Part shown: in pieces, positions 37,066 to 49,605 of the stretch
Numbering within the stretch: the first letter of the stretch is position 1
Layout of the letters: every line of letters starts with the position of its first letter
From: Albugo candida
Taxonomy: Eukaryota
Assembly: GCA_040437565.1 (NCBI GenBank)
Contig: JBDOQK010000003.1
Span: 496,001 to 560,000, forward strand
Length of the DNA stretch: 64,000 nt
Direction: 5' to 3'
The notes under the pieces: generated by a model
What the model was told of the DNA's origin: nothing
What the model saw: the letters and a program-made list of their open reading frames with translations, nothing else
Database searches by the model: none
Position numbers and translations under genes: made by a program

Positions 37066-40000
37066 ATGCAGGTAGAAGAGAATACTGAGGGCGATCGATC
37101 GCCAAGACAAGACGAGAGAATTGTTTTGAAGCTTCTTGAAGACATGCGAGATTTTTTGGGATTTACTGAAAAGACTTTACCACCCGCAGATGCATCATTG
37201 CTGGATCCAAGACGTGCAAAGATTGCATCGAAGCTGTACATAGATACTCGAGACACGTATGATGTTGTTGAAAATGTTGACAGTGACAATGAGCTTGCTC
37301 GACGAAGAGCTCTATTAAAACAACGACGTAGTGCAGATTCCAGCATATCAATTGATTCAGATACACATGATGACGAATCTTTACCTCAAGGTGCATCAGT
37401 AGCGGACAGTATCCAGTTTTGGTTCAAGTGGCTGGGTGGAGTTCTCTCCATCCCAATAAGAGAGGAGCTGTTAGAGCGGAACTTATCGATGGATGGCATC
37501 ATGCATTACGTCAGATACTTTTCATTATTGGATCAATGGATAGTTTACAAAAAAGCTCGGATAATGCATGTCGAGACAAGTTACTGTGATAAGGACTGTG
37601 CGAGATCGTCCATTGAATCTATAGACTCGAGCTTATCATTTGTAACAGCGCTTACTCGACATGCCGAATTTATAAAATACGAAATGAAGAAAGATATAGA
37701 CACCATTTGTGTATTTGCTCGAACGGGAACTTTCTCAACGATCTTTGGAAGCGACGACGTTCGCACCCACGATATCGACATCACAACAAAGTTTGAATCC
37801 TTAATGGAAGAAGTATACGCTGTTTATTTGCAGCGTATTATAGACTCCCAAATAAACGCGTTGACACAATTGGCATTAAAATGGCAAGAAGACCAATTAC
37901 TGCACCAAGAAGCGCTAACATATGCGGCAGCACAAGCTGTATCGTTGGGAACTAAAATTACTTCATTTGCAGCACTTACGAGTGAGACGTATTTTTTCCA
38001 GCGGAAACGAAAATTTGATATGAAAAGAGACATTTTTCCAGATGCCATTTACGACTGGCCTCCTCGTTTCACTCCAGCAATGGCGCCAGGAGGTCAAACC
38101 TTGATTGCCCACCCACGTCATGTTGGGATATGGTGGCAGACCACGGTGCTTTCGGTAACAGAGCAAGATATATCTATATTGCATCACGATGAGGTACTGG
38201 GAATTCTCAATCATATCGAGTCGCTTCATGGTCACATCTACGTCCCAGAAGTTGAGAGTAATCAGAGCTTCTTCCGACGGTGTGGTGTCCGAATTGGCTC
38301 TTTTAGTAAATGGGAAGGCCAACGCATGCTTCTGAACAATGGAAAAGACTCGTTATGGATTGAGGTAGTTGTTACCGAAGTCGAAGACAAAAAATGCAAG
38401 GTGGAATTGAAACCTGGTCTTGAGGATCTTTCTGTTGCAGAAAAGTGGAAAGCATACCTAGTGGAGAATACGTGGCTTCATATTCGAGATTTCCGTTGGA
38501 ATGCTGTACCAAAAAATTCTGATTTTCGCATTCACATCGGACTCAAATTCCGAAAACTTTTGGAGGAGATACAAACAACTGTCATCGGAATCAGCTGTGT
38601 TTTTCCTGATCGGAATCTAGAGCGACAGGTACAGACTGCTACATGGCGATCATTAGAAAATATTGCTAGCAAAGAAGAACATCTTTATTCGCGATACTTG
38701 CGTGCAGTACTTCAGGATAATGAATCATCAACCATTGTGGCAGATGCCTCTCAGTTCACGAGTAAGACCAGGAACGTCCCTGGCAACAGGTTTGGTAGAA
38801 AACTTTCTATGCTCAGAGGAAAAGCTATTGAATATGATGGGGCGTCTGAAAAAGCACCAAGAAATGACTCACGAATTTTAAATGATATTACGATGAAGCC
38901 GCAACACGTCTCTTACAGTACTCACGGGAATTTTGATATTGATGGCGTGTACCGAGCGCTTCCGGATCAGACCAGTCTTCAGGAACCTCGAACGACTGTA
39001 TTACTTTCATCCTCGTTTGAGAAGCTGACGCACATCCTCTTAGAAGAAACAGAGGTATTATCTGTCTGTATCCAAGCAAACAATACGGCTTTAGCCAGGG
39101 TTTTTGTTGAAGCTTTCGCAGAAAAATTGGAGAAACAAAACAATTTCCTACTAAATCGTTTAGAGAAAAGTACCTTAGAGTACATGCTTTCAGAGGTAAC
39201 AAACGCCTATAGGTTTCTGTATGCATGGAAGATTTGCCGATATGAGCTTGATGAATCCACACGACTAGAGCGCGCGAGGTATGGTCGAAATTCAATGCTG
39301 ATGATTGACAAAGAAAAACAAAAGGTTTCACTTTCCAGCACAAGTCCGTCTGTGGAGGCTGACACATTACAAAGAGATTGGATTGATCGAACATTCGAAC
39401 ACATGGAGGGAATGATTATCGATATGATACGATATTTGACGTATCGACTGCACAATCAGTTCTTTTATGAATGTAGTACGTTTATCTTTCCTAGTATATA
39501 CGGGCAAGAATGGGATGCAATTTCGGCTCGACCACACATCACTAGCACATATGGCATACAATCCTTCCTGTGCCGGATACAAATGATAGTGGAATTTACA
39601 CGTACTGACTTACTGAAAGGATTCGAACATCATCTAGCTGTCCATGAAAAGGTCCAAGATAGACTTATATGGGCGATACTAGAGCCATTATCATGCGTAG
39701 CAGCCTTCTATGAGCAAGTTCAAATATCACGACCAAGAACAAGAGACTGGAAAAGCGATATTTTGTATCTGGTGCTGGGTATGCAAGAAATTGTAGGCAC
39801 ACTGAATAAAATGCTTAGTCAAAATGAGAAAGATTCACGGGCAGGTGTCTGCAAAAACAATGAAGGCTGGGAACTCGTACAAGGAGGGACGCTAAACGAG
39901 ATACATAAAATCTGCTTGCGACTGATTTTATGTATTGCGATTCGAACATCACCGATAAATGCTGTCATTTCTGGCTTAAAATCTCTGCAGAGAGAGGACT

Positions 40001-40453
40001 ATAACGATGAAACGGTGCGGGGAACATCAATTGACACCGCAGCTTTTGAATTTACAAAAAGGCGAGACCTCATGGGCATTTTAAAGCGATTGCTACGGTC
40101 TCTTCATCCAAGTAATAATACCTGGAAGGCGATCGTCAAAATCTCGTTTCGTTCTCTTCCTTGGGACACAAACACGAATACTCGTACAGAATTCCACTCT
40201 CATTTACAAAGTGCTTGCGTGGATGTAAGTTGACTTTCGTGACGTAGAACTATTATCACCCATTCTGTCCTGTAGTGGGAAATGATTATAAAGCAGCGAC
40301 TACGAGTTCCACGAGATTTTGCATTGGAACAATTACAGAGGCGACATGAGCTGGAAGACACTGTTCGTCTTTCTTTGTGCCCAGCTGAGATTGAAGATGG
40401 AAGAATTTTACGAGAAGTAAGTGGGTTGTTGAGCTTCGCCGTAGCTCAATCGC
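37066..40453 (+). CDS. Large helical hypothetical protein, possibly KIAA0825/DUF4495-like
   Basis: 1055-aa ORF plus intron near 40225-40275 and a further exon (WEMIIKQRLR...LQRRHEL). The family resemblance is weak (YEQVQISRPRTRDWKSDILYL) and the 3' end is approximate. Confidence 0.65.
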
Positions 40454-40871
40454 ACTTTAAGCTTTCTGTCTGATTTGTTAGTTCATAAATGAAGTGCTGG
40501 CCGCACAAAGTAGCGACACAATTCAGTAAAAGGATATGTGGAGAAAATCAAGCCGCACAGTATCGTGAAATACTGAATAGCAAGATACATACAAAAGCGG
40601 TGCAAACCCAAAGATTCGATACCATTGTCATTGATGGAGGTCGTTGTCGATCCACATGGATGTAGGTAGCCAGCTTGAGTATATTTTGAGCGACGTCGAC
40701 CTTGTAACTATCGTAAAATAAATAATAGAATTTGGGACTCTGCTGAAATGGACTAAAAATAGGCAAAGATTACAAAGTGATCCCTGTGGCGTACACCATG
40801 CCAAATCGGACACTCTTATATCTCTTCACTTTGTAGTATATCCACTTCCAAGTGTGGTCGGGAGATTTACA

Positions 40872-43800
40872 ATGGTACTTATAATGCGTTTCCTCGGTAG
40901 GTGTTCTGCATTTTCCAGCACATCGTTCTCTAAGTAATGGATTTCTGAAGGAGGTATTTTTGCTGCGACGTTATTCTCTTATACCGTGGCTACCTGGACA
41001 CAATTATGGAGTCACCGTCAGGCAGCCGCGTACCCTGACAAACGAACAGCACATGCGATGATCATCTATCAGGATGCTTTGTATGTATATGGCGGTCTGG
41101 GTGAGAACTTAGCTGGAGATGACTATGAGCATGAGGATTCTTGGAAGGTGAGCCGTTCAAGTCTCATTTCGCCTCCCTCGGTTCCTTAAAGTTCGTGTTC
41201 TAGTTCGATCTAAAGCAAAATCGATGGACGAAGTTAGTCGAAGAAAATGACATGAAACCTCCACACAGGTTTCATCATACTGCAGTAAGTTGGACAGCAC
41301 CGAGCCGAAAGTAATACACACGACCAACATGCTGCTTGATTTAGGCTTTATACTCGGATGACATAACAAGCCAAATGATAATTTTTGGTGGACTCTCTCT
41401 TTCAACAAATGCTAATGCACAAACAAAACAGTCATCAATGCTGCAAATTACAGAGTATAATGATATTTGGCGTTTATCCTTATCTTCTGGTAAGGTGGTG
41501 TGGAGTAAAGACGCAACTAGCAATCATGCTATCAACGACACTGAAGTTCCATCTCCGCGGTCAGAAGCAGGGTCTATCATTCATGACAACAAGCTTTATA
41601 TTTTTGGAGGCATTTCATATCGATCTAGTGGCTTAGACTCTCCAGTAGACATGAATGATCTATGGAGCTACGATCTTGAGACAAAGACATGGATAGAGAT
41701 CCGACCGGTTGATGGCATCGTCCCGTCTCGGAGATTTTCTCATTCAGTCACTCTTGTAAAGCATAGTGGTTTATCGTACTTATTAGTCTACAGTGGTCGG
41801 CATCTACAGCAGTCAACCTGGAGTGCGCTGGACGATACATGGCTTTATTCAATTTCCGAGAAGCGTTGGATCAAAGTTCAATCTTCTAGTTCGATTCCGC
41901 GTATGTATACATCCATCATCACGACAGGAGATAAGAATTTTTGGTTTTTCGGGGGATACTATCGCCCTCTGCATACCATGAGTGGGTACGTGTTCGATGA
42001 CACTGTCAGTGGAGAGCTCAATATCAATTCGGGGTCCGCTTCAGATTCTTCGATCACGGCAACGCCAGTCACGAAAGGGGTCAGTATGAAGCTTTATACC
42101 GCAGTTGGTGGCATAAACAGCGCAATACCACCATTACGCTACAATCATCAGGCAGTTGTGTGGAATGAAGCCATTGTGGTATATGGAGGAAGCTATCAAA
42201 CAGTGCGTGGAGACGTATGGAGTTACAATACAACTCTTGCGGTTCTCTCGCAAGATGTGAACATGTTTTCGAAAAAAATCACGTCGCTTATCTACATTCT
42301 TGGAGGTCTCATCGCGGTAATTGTTGTCATCTTGTTACTATTACTATTGCGATGGCGACAAGTCGACCAACGCAATGTGAGAACCTTCTGCTCATCGGCT
42401 CGTTCCAAATCCTTAATTCTGTTTCGTTATAGCTNNNNNNNNNNNNNNNNNNNNNNNNNNNNNNNNNNNNNNNNNNNNNNNNNNNNNNNNNNNNNNNNNN
42501 NNNNNNNNNNNNNNNNNNNNNNNNNNNNNNNNNNCGTGGCTACCTGGACACAATTATGGAGTCACCGTCAGGCAGCCGCGTACCCTGACAAACGAACAGC
42601 ACATGCGATGATCATCTATCAGGATGCTTTGTATGTATATGGCGGTCTGGGTGAGAACTTAGCTGGAGATGACTATGAGCATGAGGATTCTTGGAAGGTG
42701 AGCCGTTCAAGTCTCATTTCGCCTCCCTCGGTTCCTTAAAGTTCGTGTTCTAGTTCGATCTAAAGCAAAATCGATGGACGAAGTTAGTCGAAGAAAATGA
42801 CATGAAACCTCCACACAGGTTTCATCATACTGCAGTAAGTTGGACAGCACCGAGCCGAAAGTAATACACACGACCAACATGCTGCTTGATTTAGGCTTTA
42901 TACTCGGATGACATAACAAGCCAAATGATAATTTTTGGTGGACTCTCTCTTTCAACAAATGCTAATGCACAAACAAAACAGTCATCAATGCTGCAAATTA
43001 CAGAGTATAATGATATTTGGCGTTTATCCTTATCTTCTGGTAAGGTGGTGTGGAGTAAAGACGCAACTAGCAATCATGCTATCAACGACACTGAAGTTCC
43101 ATCTCCGCGGTCAGAAGCAGGGTCTATCATTCATGACAACAAGCTTTATATTTTTGGAGGCATTTCATATCGATCTAGTGGCTTAGACTCTCCAGTAGAC
43201 ATGAATGATCTATGGAGCTACGATCTTGAGACAAAGACATGGATAGAGATCCGACCGGTTGATGGCATCGTCCCGTCTCGGAGATTTTCTCATTCAGTCA
43301 CTCTTGTAAAGCATAGTGGTTTATCGTACTTATTAGTCTACAGTGGTCGGCATCTACAGCAGTCAACCTGGAGTGCGCTGGACGATACATGGCTTTATTC
43401 AATTTCCGAGAAGCGTTGGATCAAAGTTCAATCTTCTAGTTCGATTCCGCGTATGTATACATCCATCATCACGACAGGAGATAAGAATTTTTGGTTTTTC
43501 GGGGGATACTATCGCCCTCTGCATACCATGAGTGGGTACGTGTTCGATGACACTGTCAGTGGAGAGCTCAATATCAATTCGGGGTCCGCTTCAGATTCTT
43601 CGATCACGGCAACGCCAGTCACGAAAGGGGTCAGTATGAAGCTTTATACCGCAGTTGGTGGCATAAACAGCGCAATACCACCATTACGCTACAATCATCA
43701 GGCAGTTGTGTGGAATGAAGCCATTGTGGTATATGGAGGAAGCTATCAAACAGTGCGTGGAGACGTATGGAGTTACAATACAACTCTTGCGGTTCTCTCG

Positions 43801-44640
43801 CAAGATGTGAACATGTTTTCGAAAAAAATCACGTCGCTTATCTACATTCTTGGAGGTCTCATCGCGGTAATTGTTGTCATCTTGTTACTATTACTATTGC
43901 GATGGCGACAAGTCGACCAACGCAATGTGAGAACCTTCTGCTCATCGGCTCGTTCCAAATCCTTAATTCTGTTTCGTTATAGCTACAGATGAGGCAGCTT
44001 CATGGTCCCAATACTCGTGGAGTTTCGCAGGAAAAACTGCAACAACTTGAGATACTCAAGTATCAGAAGCCGGTCAAAAGCGTGAATTCCGCGAGCGAAT
44101 GCGCCAAGAATGTGCCAAGCTCAAATCGTACTGGTCTGGATGAAATACCGATCTGCTTGAACCTTGACGAAGATGTGTGCCCTATATGCTTGGTAATGCA
44201 TTCGATTAGCTTATCACTCTGCTTCGCTTCTTATCAAAATTATTTCAGGTCGAGTTTGAGGAAGAGGAAAATATTCGGAAACTTCACTGCACACACATTT
44301 TCCATGTCCCTTGTATTGACGAATGGCTTCGACGAAATGTGGTAAGTCTGGGTGCTAGTAGGAGTTTGTTCCATATTTTCTCATGTTTCACCTCTAGACA
44401 TGTCCAATGTGCAAAGATATTGTCGAGGTTGCGACCGGACAGGAGCAACATCCTGCGAATGGTTCATCCCGACGATTTAGTGTTACCCCATTGCTGAATC
44501 CGCGTATTTCCTCACAATCTTCAATAGTTCCCGTCGCACCCGAGAGAAGTGCAGCAGTGCAAATAATTAGCAATGCGGTCATTAGCCCAATGGAAGTAAG
44601 GTTGGCGCCACGAACAATAGTGGAGGCACCAGACACATGA
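40872..44640 (+). CDS. Signal peptide-Kelch repeat-TM-RING-H2 protein (interrupted by an assembly duplication)
   Basis: Exon 40872-40896 plus 40951 onward gives MVLIMRFLGGIFAATLFSYTVA. Kelch repeats (YVYGG, IIFGG, YIFGG, VYSG, FFGG, VYGG); TM LIYILGGLIAVIVVILLLLLL-RWR; spliced RING CPICL|VEF...CTHIFHVPCIDEWL...|TCPMCK. Confidence 0.85.
40985..43984. repeat. 1450-bp duplication flanking N gap 42435-42534
   Basis: 40985-42434 matches 42535-43984 (offset 1550; ORF translations identical). Confidence 0.95.
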
Positions 44641-44693
44641 GTTTGTAAAAGATAGCGAGTTATTTATCTATATCAGCTTTATTCAAGTTGCCT

Positions 44694-45641
44694 TTACTTT
44701 CCCATTTTCTCTTCTTTCAATTGTTGAATGAGCTTTCTCAAGTCGATTTTCTCCTTCTCCGTAGCATGTCCGGCAGCCCTGTCGACAGACATTCCACAGC
44801 GAGAAACAAAATTAGTATATTCATTTCAACAAACTTTTATAGTAAAGGAAGGCCTACATCCATCGGATCCGTCCTTTGTCGTCAATCAGATGAGCATAGC
44901 AGACGAAACTGTTGTACATTTCCATCAAAGTTCTGAAGTTATCTCGCCAACCAAACGCGTAATAAGAGTTCGCGTGAAAGGCTTCTGGTATGTGAGTCTT
45001 CAGACCTTTCACAATCGCAGATTTGAATATTTTAAAGTACCATTCTTCGATGATGGACAAATGTATAACCAGAACTACAGGTAATAATATAGCGACTTGG
45101 AGGATGAATGACCATTGCCTACAGATAACCATTCTGGTGACATTTGCAATCCCGAATTTTTGAAATTGGTCAGCAGGATAGTAATTTTTCCATTCTTCAA
45201 CACTTTCTGCAAATCACATTCTTCATGAAGGAGACTCCTACATTTGAATTCAGGAAAGAATGTAGCGTTGGCGACTGGAAGAAGAGTGGAGGACCCATGT
45301 AGGATCTACAGAATGACAGATATTCAGTTCGAGTAATTATGCCCACCGATTGATAATACCTTTCCATCATTATCGTTGTAAACTTTCATTTCGCCGAACA
45401 TGTCGGGTCGATACTTCTTGATTTCATGCTCCTGGAGCTGTTCGATTAGTGCGTTGTTGACTTTAGCCGCACTTTTGATCCTTTTAACGGGTGACAGCTG
45501 CTCCCAAAATGATTTACGTTGGATCTTCGATCCAAAGGATGCTATTATCGGTTGACCCTCGGCCGCTTTACTGGTGAAAGCTCGATATTTTGAGATTTTA
45601 TGAATGATGCGTTGATTCCCGATTGGGTTGCGGTAGCTCAT
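44694..45641 (-). CDS. ATP10: Mitochondrial ATPase assembly factor ATP10 (copy 1, frameshifted near 45085)
   Basis: FFPEFKCRSL, YNSFVCYAHLIDDKGRIRWM|AAGHATEKE fit the ATP10 N...Y.YLVD..GRIRW..SG.A...E motif; basic presequence-like N-terminus. Confidence 0.75.
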
Positions 45642-46014
45642 TTGACTAGGAGCTGGGCGAATTTAAGCCACATTTTACTTAAGTTGATTAATTTCGGATG
45701 TACTTAAGCGTCCGAAAGTGACAGCTGCGTCGCCGCAAACAGTTGTTCGAAAATCAGCTGCTCTTAGACCGTCCGTGTGCTTTATCATAATCGACCCACT
45801 CTAGAAACCGTGTTTTCTCATCCGAGATGATTCGAACGTTAATCAAGCCAATCATATGAGTTTGCTAATGCTTTGAGCAGTTAGTCTCAAAAACCACGGC
45901 GAAAGGCAATAGAAATCAAACTTGTGATTTTTCGAACCGAAGGAAAGCCGATTTTGTAATGAAGTGATCATGACTCTCATAATCCAATATTACAAGTAGT
46001 CACCACTAAAAATT

Positions 46015-46861
46015 ATGAATACGGAATTCAGAAACGATGCTTCAGAGCCTCTTTACAGCCATCCTTTGGTCTGTGTTGACCTACCTACCGAACGATTCCC
46101 TCAATATCCGACCCCGGCTCGAGTAGCTCATCAAATCATTAAGGATGAATTATCGCTGGATGGAAATCCCAAAATGAATGTAAGAACATGATAAACGGTT
46201 TTCTATCAATCGTTATTCAAATTGACTGTGTCTTGAAGCTTGCATCCTTCGTCACCACGTACATGGAACCAGAAGCTGATGACTTGATGGTGGATGGACT
46301 ACGAAAAAATTACATCGATCTTGATCAGTATCCTCAGACAGCCGAGATTCATAATCGCTGTGTCACAATGCTCGCCAATTTATATCACGCTCCTTTGAAA
46401 GACCATGAGAAAGGTACTGGTACCGGGTGTGTCGGATCATCAGAAGCCATCATGCTTGCTGGGCTCGCTATGAAAAGACGCTGGAAAGATCGACGGATTG
46501 CTGCCGGATTACCTTACGATAATCCCAACATGGTTATGGGTTCAAATGTGCAAGTGAGTTGACATGTCATATACATTGGTATGAATTCATTATATTTATC
46601 GGTTTATAGGTTTGCTGGCATAAAATGTGTAAATACTTCGAAATAGAAATACGAGAAGGTGAGCTTATGACCCATTTTCAGTGTACTCCAACAGTTGAGT
46701 TATTCACCCTTGTCAACTTCATAGCGGATGTGTCTGAGGATTGTCTCGTCTTGACCGCCGACCGTGCGCGACCACTTTTGGATGAGAATACCATCGGTGT
46801 ATGTGCGATCCTTGGAAGCACTTTCAATGGTGAGTATGAAGATGTTAAAGCTATCCATGAC
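46015..46861 (+). CDS. GAD: Glutamate decarboxylase, partial duplicate copy truncated by the gap
   Basis: Identical to 47973-48819. Confidence 0.7.
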
Positions 46862-46961
46862 NNNNNNNNNNNNNNNNNNNNNNNNNNNNNNNNNNNNNNN
46901 NNNNNNNNNNNNNNNNNNNNNNNNNNNNNNNNNNNNNNNNNNNNNNNNNNNNNNNNNNNNN

Positions 46962-47599
46962 CCTTTCACAATCGCAGATTTGAATATTTTAAAGTACCAT
47001 TCTTCGATGATGGACAAATGTATAACCTGTACTTCTGGTAATGAATATAGCGACTTGGAGGATGAATGACCATTGCCTACAGATAACCATTCTGGTGACA
47101 TTTGCAATCCCGAATTTTTGAAATTGGTCAGCAGGATAGTAATTTTTCCATTCTTCAACACTTTCTGCAAATCACATTCTTCATGAAGGAGACTCCTACA
47201 TTTGAATTCAGGAAAGAATGTAGCGTTGGCGACTGGAAGAAGAGTGGAGGACCCATGTAGGATCTACAGAATGACAGATATTCAGTTCGAGTAATTATGC
47301 CCACCGATTGATAATACCTTTCCATCATTATCGTTGTAAACTTTCATTTCGCCGAACATGTCGGGTCGATACTTCTTGATTTCATGCTCCTGGAGCTGTT
47401 CGATTAGTGCGTTGTTGACTTTAGCCGCACTTTTGATCCTTTTAACGGGTGACAGCTGCTCCCAAAATGATTTACGTTGGATCTTCGATCCAAAGGATGC
47501 TATTATCGGTTGACCCTCGGCCGCTTTACTGGTGAAAGCTCGATATTTTGAGATTTTATGAATGATGCGTTGATTCCCGATTGGGTTGCGGTAGCTCAT
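46962..47599 (-). CDS. ATP10: ATP10 copy 2 (5' part, open frame, truncated by the gap)
   Basis: Open frame ...SSKSLYSLPEVQVIHLSIIEEWYFKIFKSAIVK up to the Ns. Confidence 0.7.
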
Positions 47600-47972
47600 T
47601 TGACTAGGAGCTGGGCGAATTTAAGCCACATTTTACTTAAGTTGATTAATTTCGGATGTACTTAAGCGTCCGAAAGTGACAGCTGCGTCGCCGCAAACAG
47701 TTGTTCGAAAATCAGCTGCTCTTAGACCGTCCGTGTGCTTTATCATAATCGACCCACTCTAGAAACCGTGTTTTCTCATCCGAGATGATTCGAACGTTAA
47801 TCAAGCCAATCATATGAGTTTGCTAATGCTTTGAGCAGTTAGTCTCAAAAACCACGGCGAAAGGCAATAGAAATCAAACTTGTGATTTTTCGAACCGAAG
47901 GAAAGCCGATTTTGTAATGAAGTGATCATGACTCTCATAATCCAATATTACAAGTAGTCACCACTAAAAATT

Positions 47973-49605
47973 ATGAATACGGAATTCAGAAACGATGCTT
48001 CAGAGCCTCTTTACAGCCATCCTTTGGTCTGTGTTGACCTACCTACCGAACGATTCCCTCAATATCCGACCCCGGCTCGAGTAGCTCATCAAATCATTAA
48101 GGATGAATTATCGCTGGATGGAAATCCCAAAATGAATGTAAGAACATGATAAACGGTTTTCTATCAATCGTTATTCAAATTGACTGTGTCTTGAAGCTTG
48201 CATCCTTCGTCACCACGTACATGGAACCAGAAGCTGATGACTTGATGGTGGATGGACTACGAAAAAATTACATCGATCTTGATCAGTATCCTCAGACAGC
48301 CGAGATTCATAATCGCTGTGTCACAATGCTCGCCAATTTATATCACGCTCCTTTGAAAGACCATGAGAAAGGTACTGGTACCGGGTGTGTCGGATCATCA
48401 GAAGCCATCATGCTTGCTGGGCTCGCTATGAAAAGACGCTGGAAAGATCGACGGATTGCTGCCGGATTACCTTACGATAATCCCAACATGGTTATGGGTT
48501 CAAATGTGCAAGTGAGTTGACATGTCATATACATTGGTATGAATTCATTATATTTATCGGTTTATAGGTTTGCTGGCATAAAATGTGTAAATACTTCGAA
48601 ATAGAAATACGAGAAGGTGAGCTTATGACCCATTTTCAGTGTACTCCAACAGTTGAGTTATTCACCCTTGTCAACTTCATAGCGGATGTGTCTGAGGATT
48701 GTCTCGTCTTGACCGCCGACCGTGCGCGACCACTTTTGGATGAGAATACCATCGGTGTATGTGCGATCCTTGGAAGCACTTTCAATGGTGAGTATGAAGA
48801 TGTTAAAGCTATCCATGACATGGTCATGGAAGTCAATGAGGAAAACGGCTGGGGAATCCCCGTGCACGTGGATGCTGCCAGTGGCGGATTTATCGCACCT
48901 TTTTTAAACCCTGAGTTGGAGTGGGATTTTCGCCTTCCCAACGTCAAGTCCATAAACGTTAGCGGACACAAGTTTGGTTTGGTATATGCTGGCATTGGAT
49001 GGGCATTGTGGCGTGAACCACAAGATTTACCTGCTGACCTCGTTTTTCACGTTAACTATCTTGGTGGAGATCAAGCTTCATTCACTCTAAACTTCAGTAA
49101 AGGAGCCGGAAATGTGGTCGTGCAGTATTACAACATAGTGCGCTTTGGTTATGACGGTTACCGTCGTATCATGCAAGCGTCTATGGACACTGCCTCCTAT
49201 TTACGCCAAGCGCTTCTCGATACTAATCATTTCAGGATCGTGGACAAGCAACACATGCCTTTAGTTGCATTCACTCTCATTGACTCGAATCGCTACACTT
49301 GTTATGACATCCAAAACAAACTTAAATACCGCGGATGGATCGTACCGGCATATACCTGTTCTCGAGGTGCTGAGAACCTGGTTATCATGCGCGTTGTCGT
49401 GAAGCAAAATTTTGCCAACCATATGGCGCACATGCTGGTGGCAGACATACTACGTGCTATCGAGGAGTTGGAGAAGGAGCATGTCGTGATATCTTCTGCC
49501 ACCAAATCTGACGGTATGACGAAGAAACTTCAACAGGCAATGGGTAGCATCGAGCTCGCTTTCCGTGCTAAACGTCACTCTAGCCGCACAGAACGAGCAT
49601 GCTAG
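47973..49605 (+). CDS. GAD: Glutamate decarboxylase (PLP-dependent, plant/bacterial-type), 4 exons
   Basis: [73 protein letters not shown] (PLP lysine), FTLNFSK. Confidence 0.95.

Larger units (their letters stand above)
45005..48819. repeat. About 1857-bp duplication flanking N gap 46862-46961
   Basis: 45005-46861 matches 46962-48819. The only differences I saw cluster at 45071-45086 versus 47028-47043. Confidence 0.93.

Noticed and set aside
36731-37066. Possible GTGAGT donor at 36735 joining calpain to the next gene
   Set aside because: An in-frame TGA ends the WW exon at 36738 and the next ORF has its own ATG; no support for a fusion without transcripts.
40450-40925. Possible small minus-strand multi-exon gene
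   Set aside because: Short ORFs and plausible splice sites, but no coherent model or recognisable motif.
40985-43984. Tandem Kelch gene duplication and the 454-aa ORF reading through Ns
   Set aside because: Copies appear identical including introns and abut a 100-N gap; best explained as contig overlap.
44728-45084. Plus-strand 118-aa ORF
   Set aside because: Antisense shadow of the ATP10 gene, which has recognisable motifs on the minus strand.
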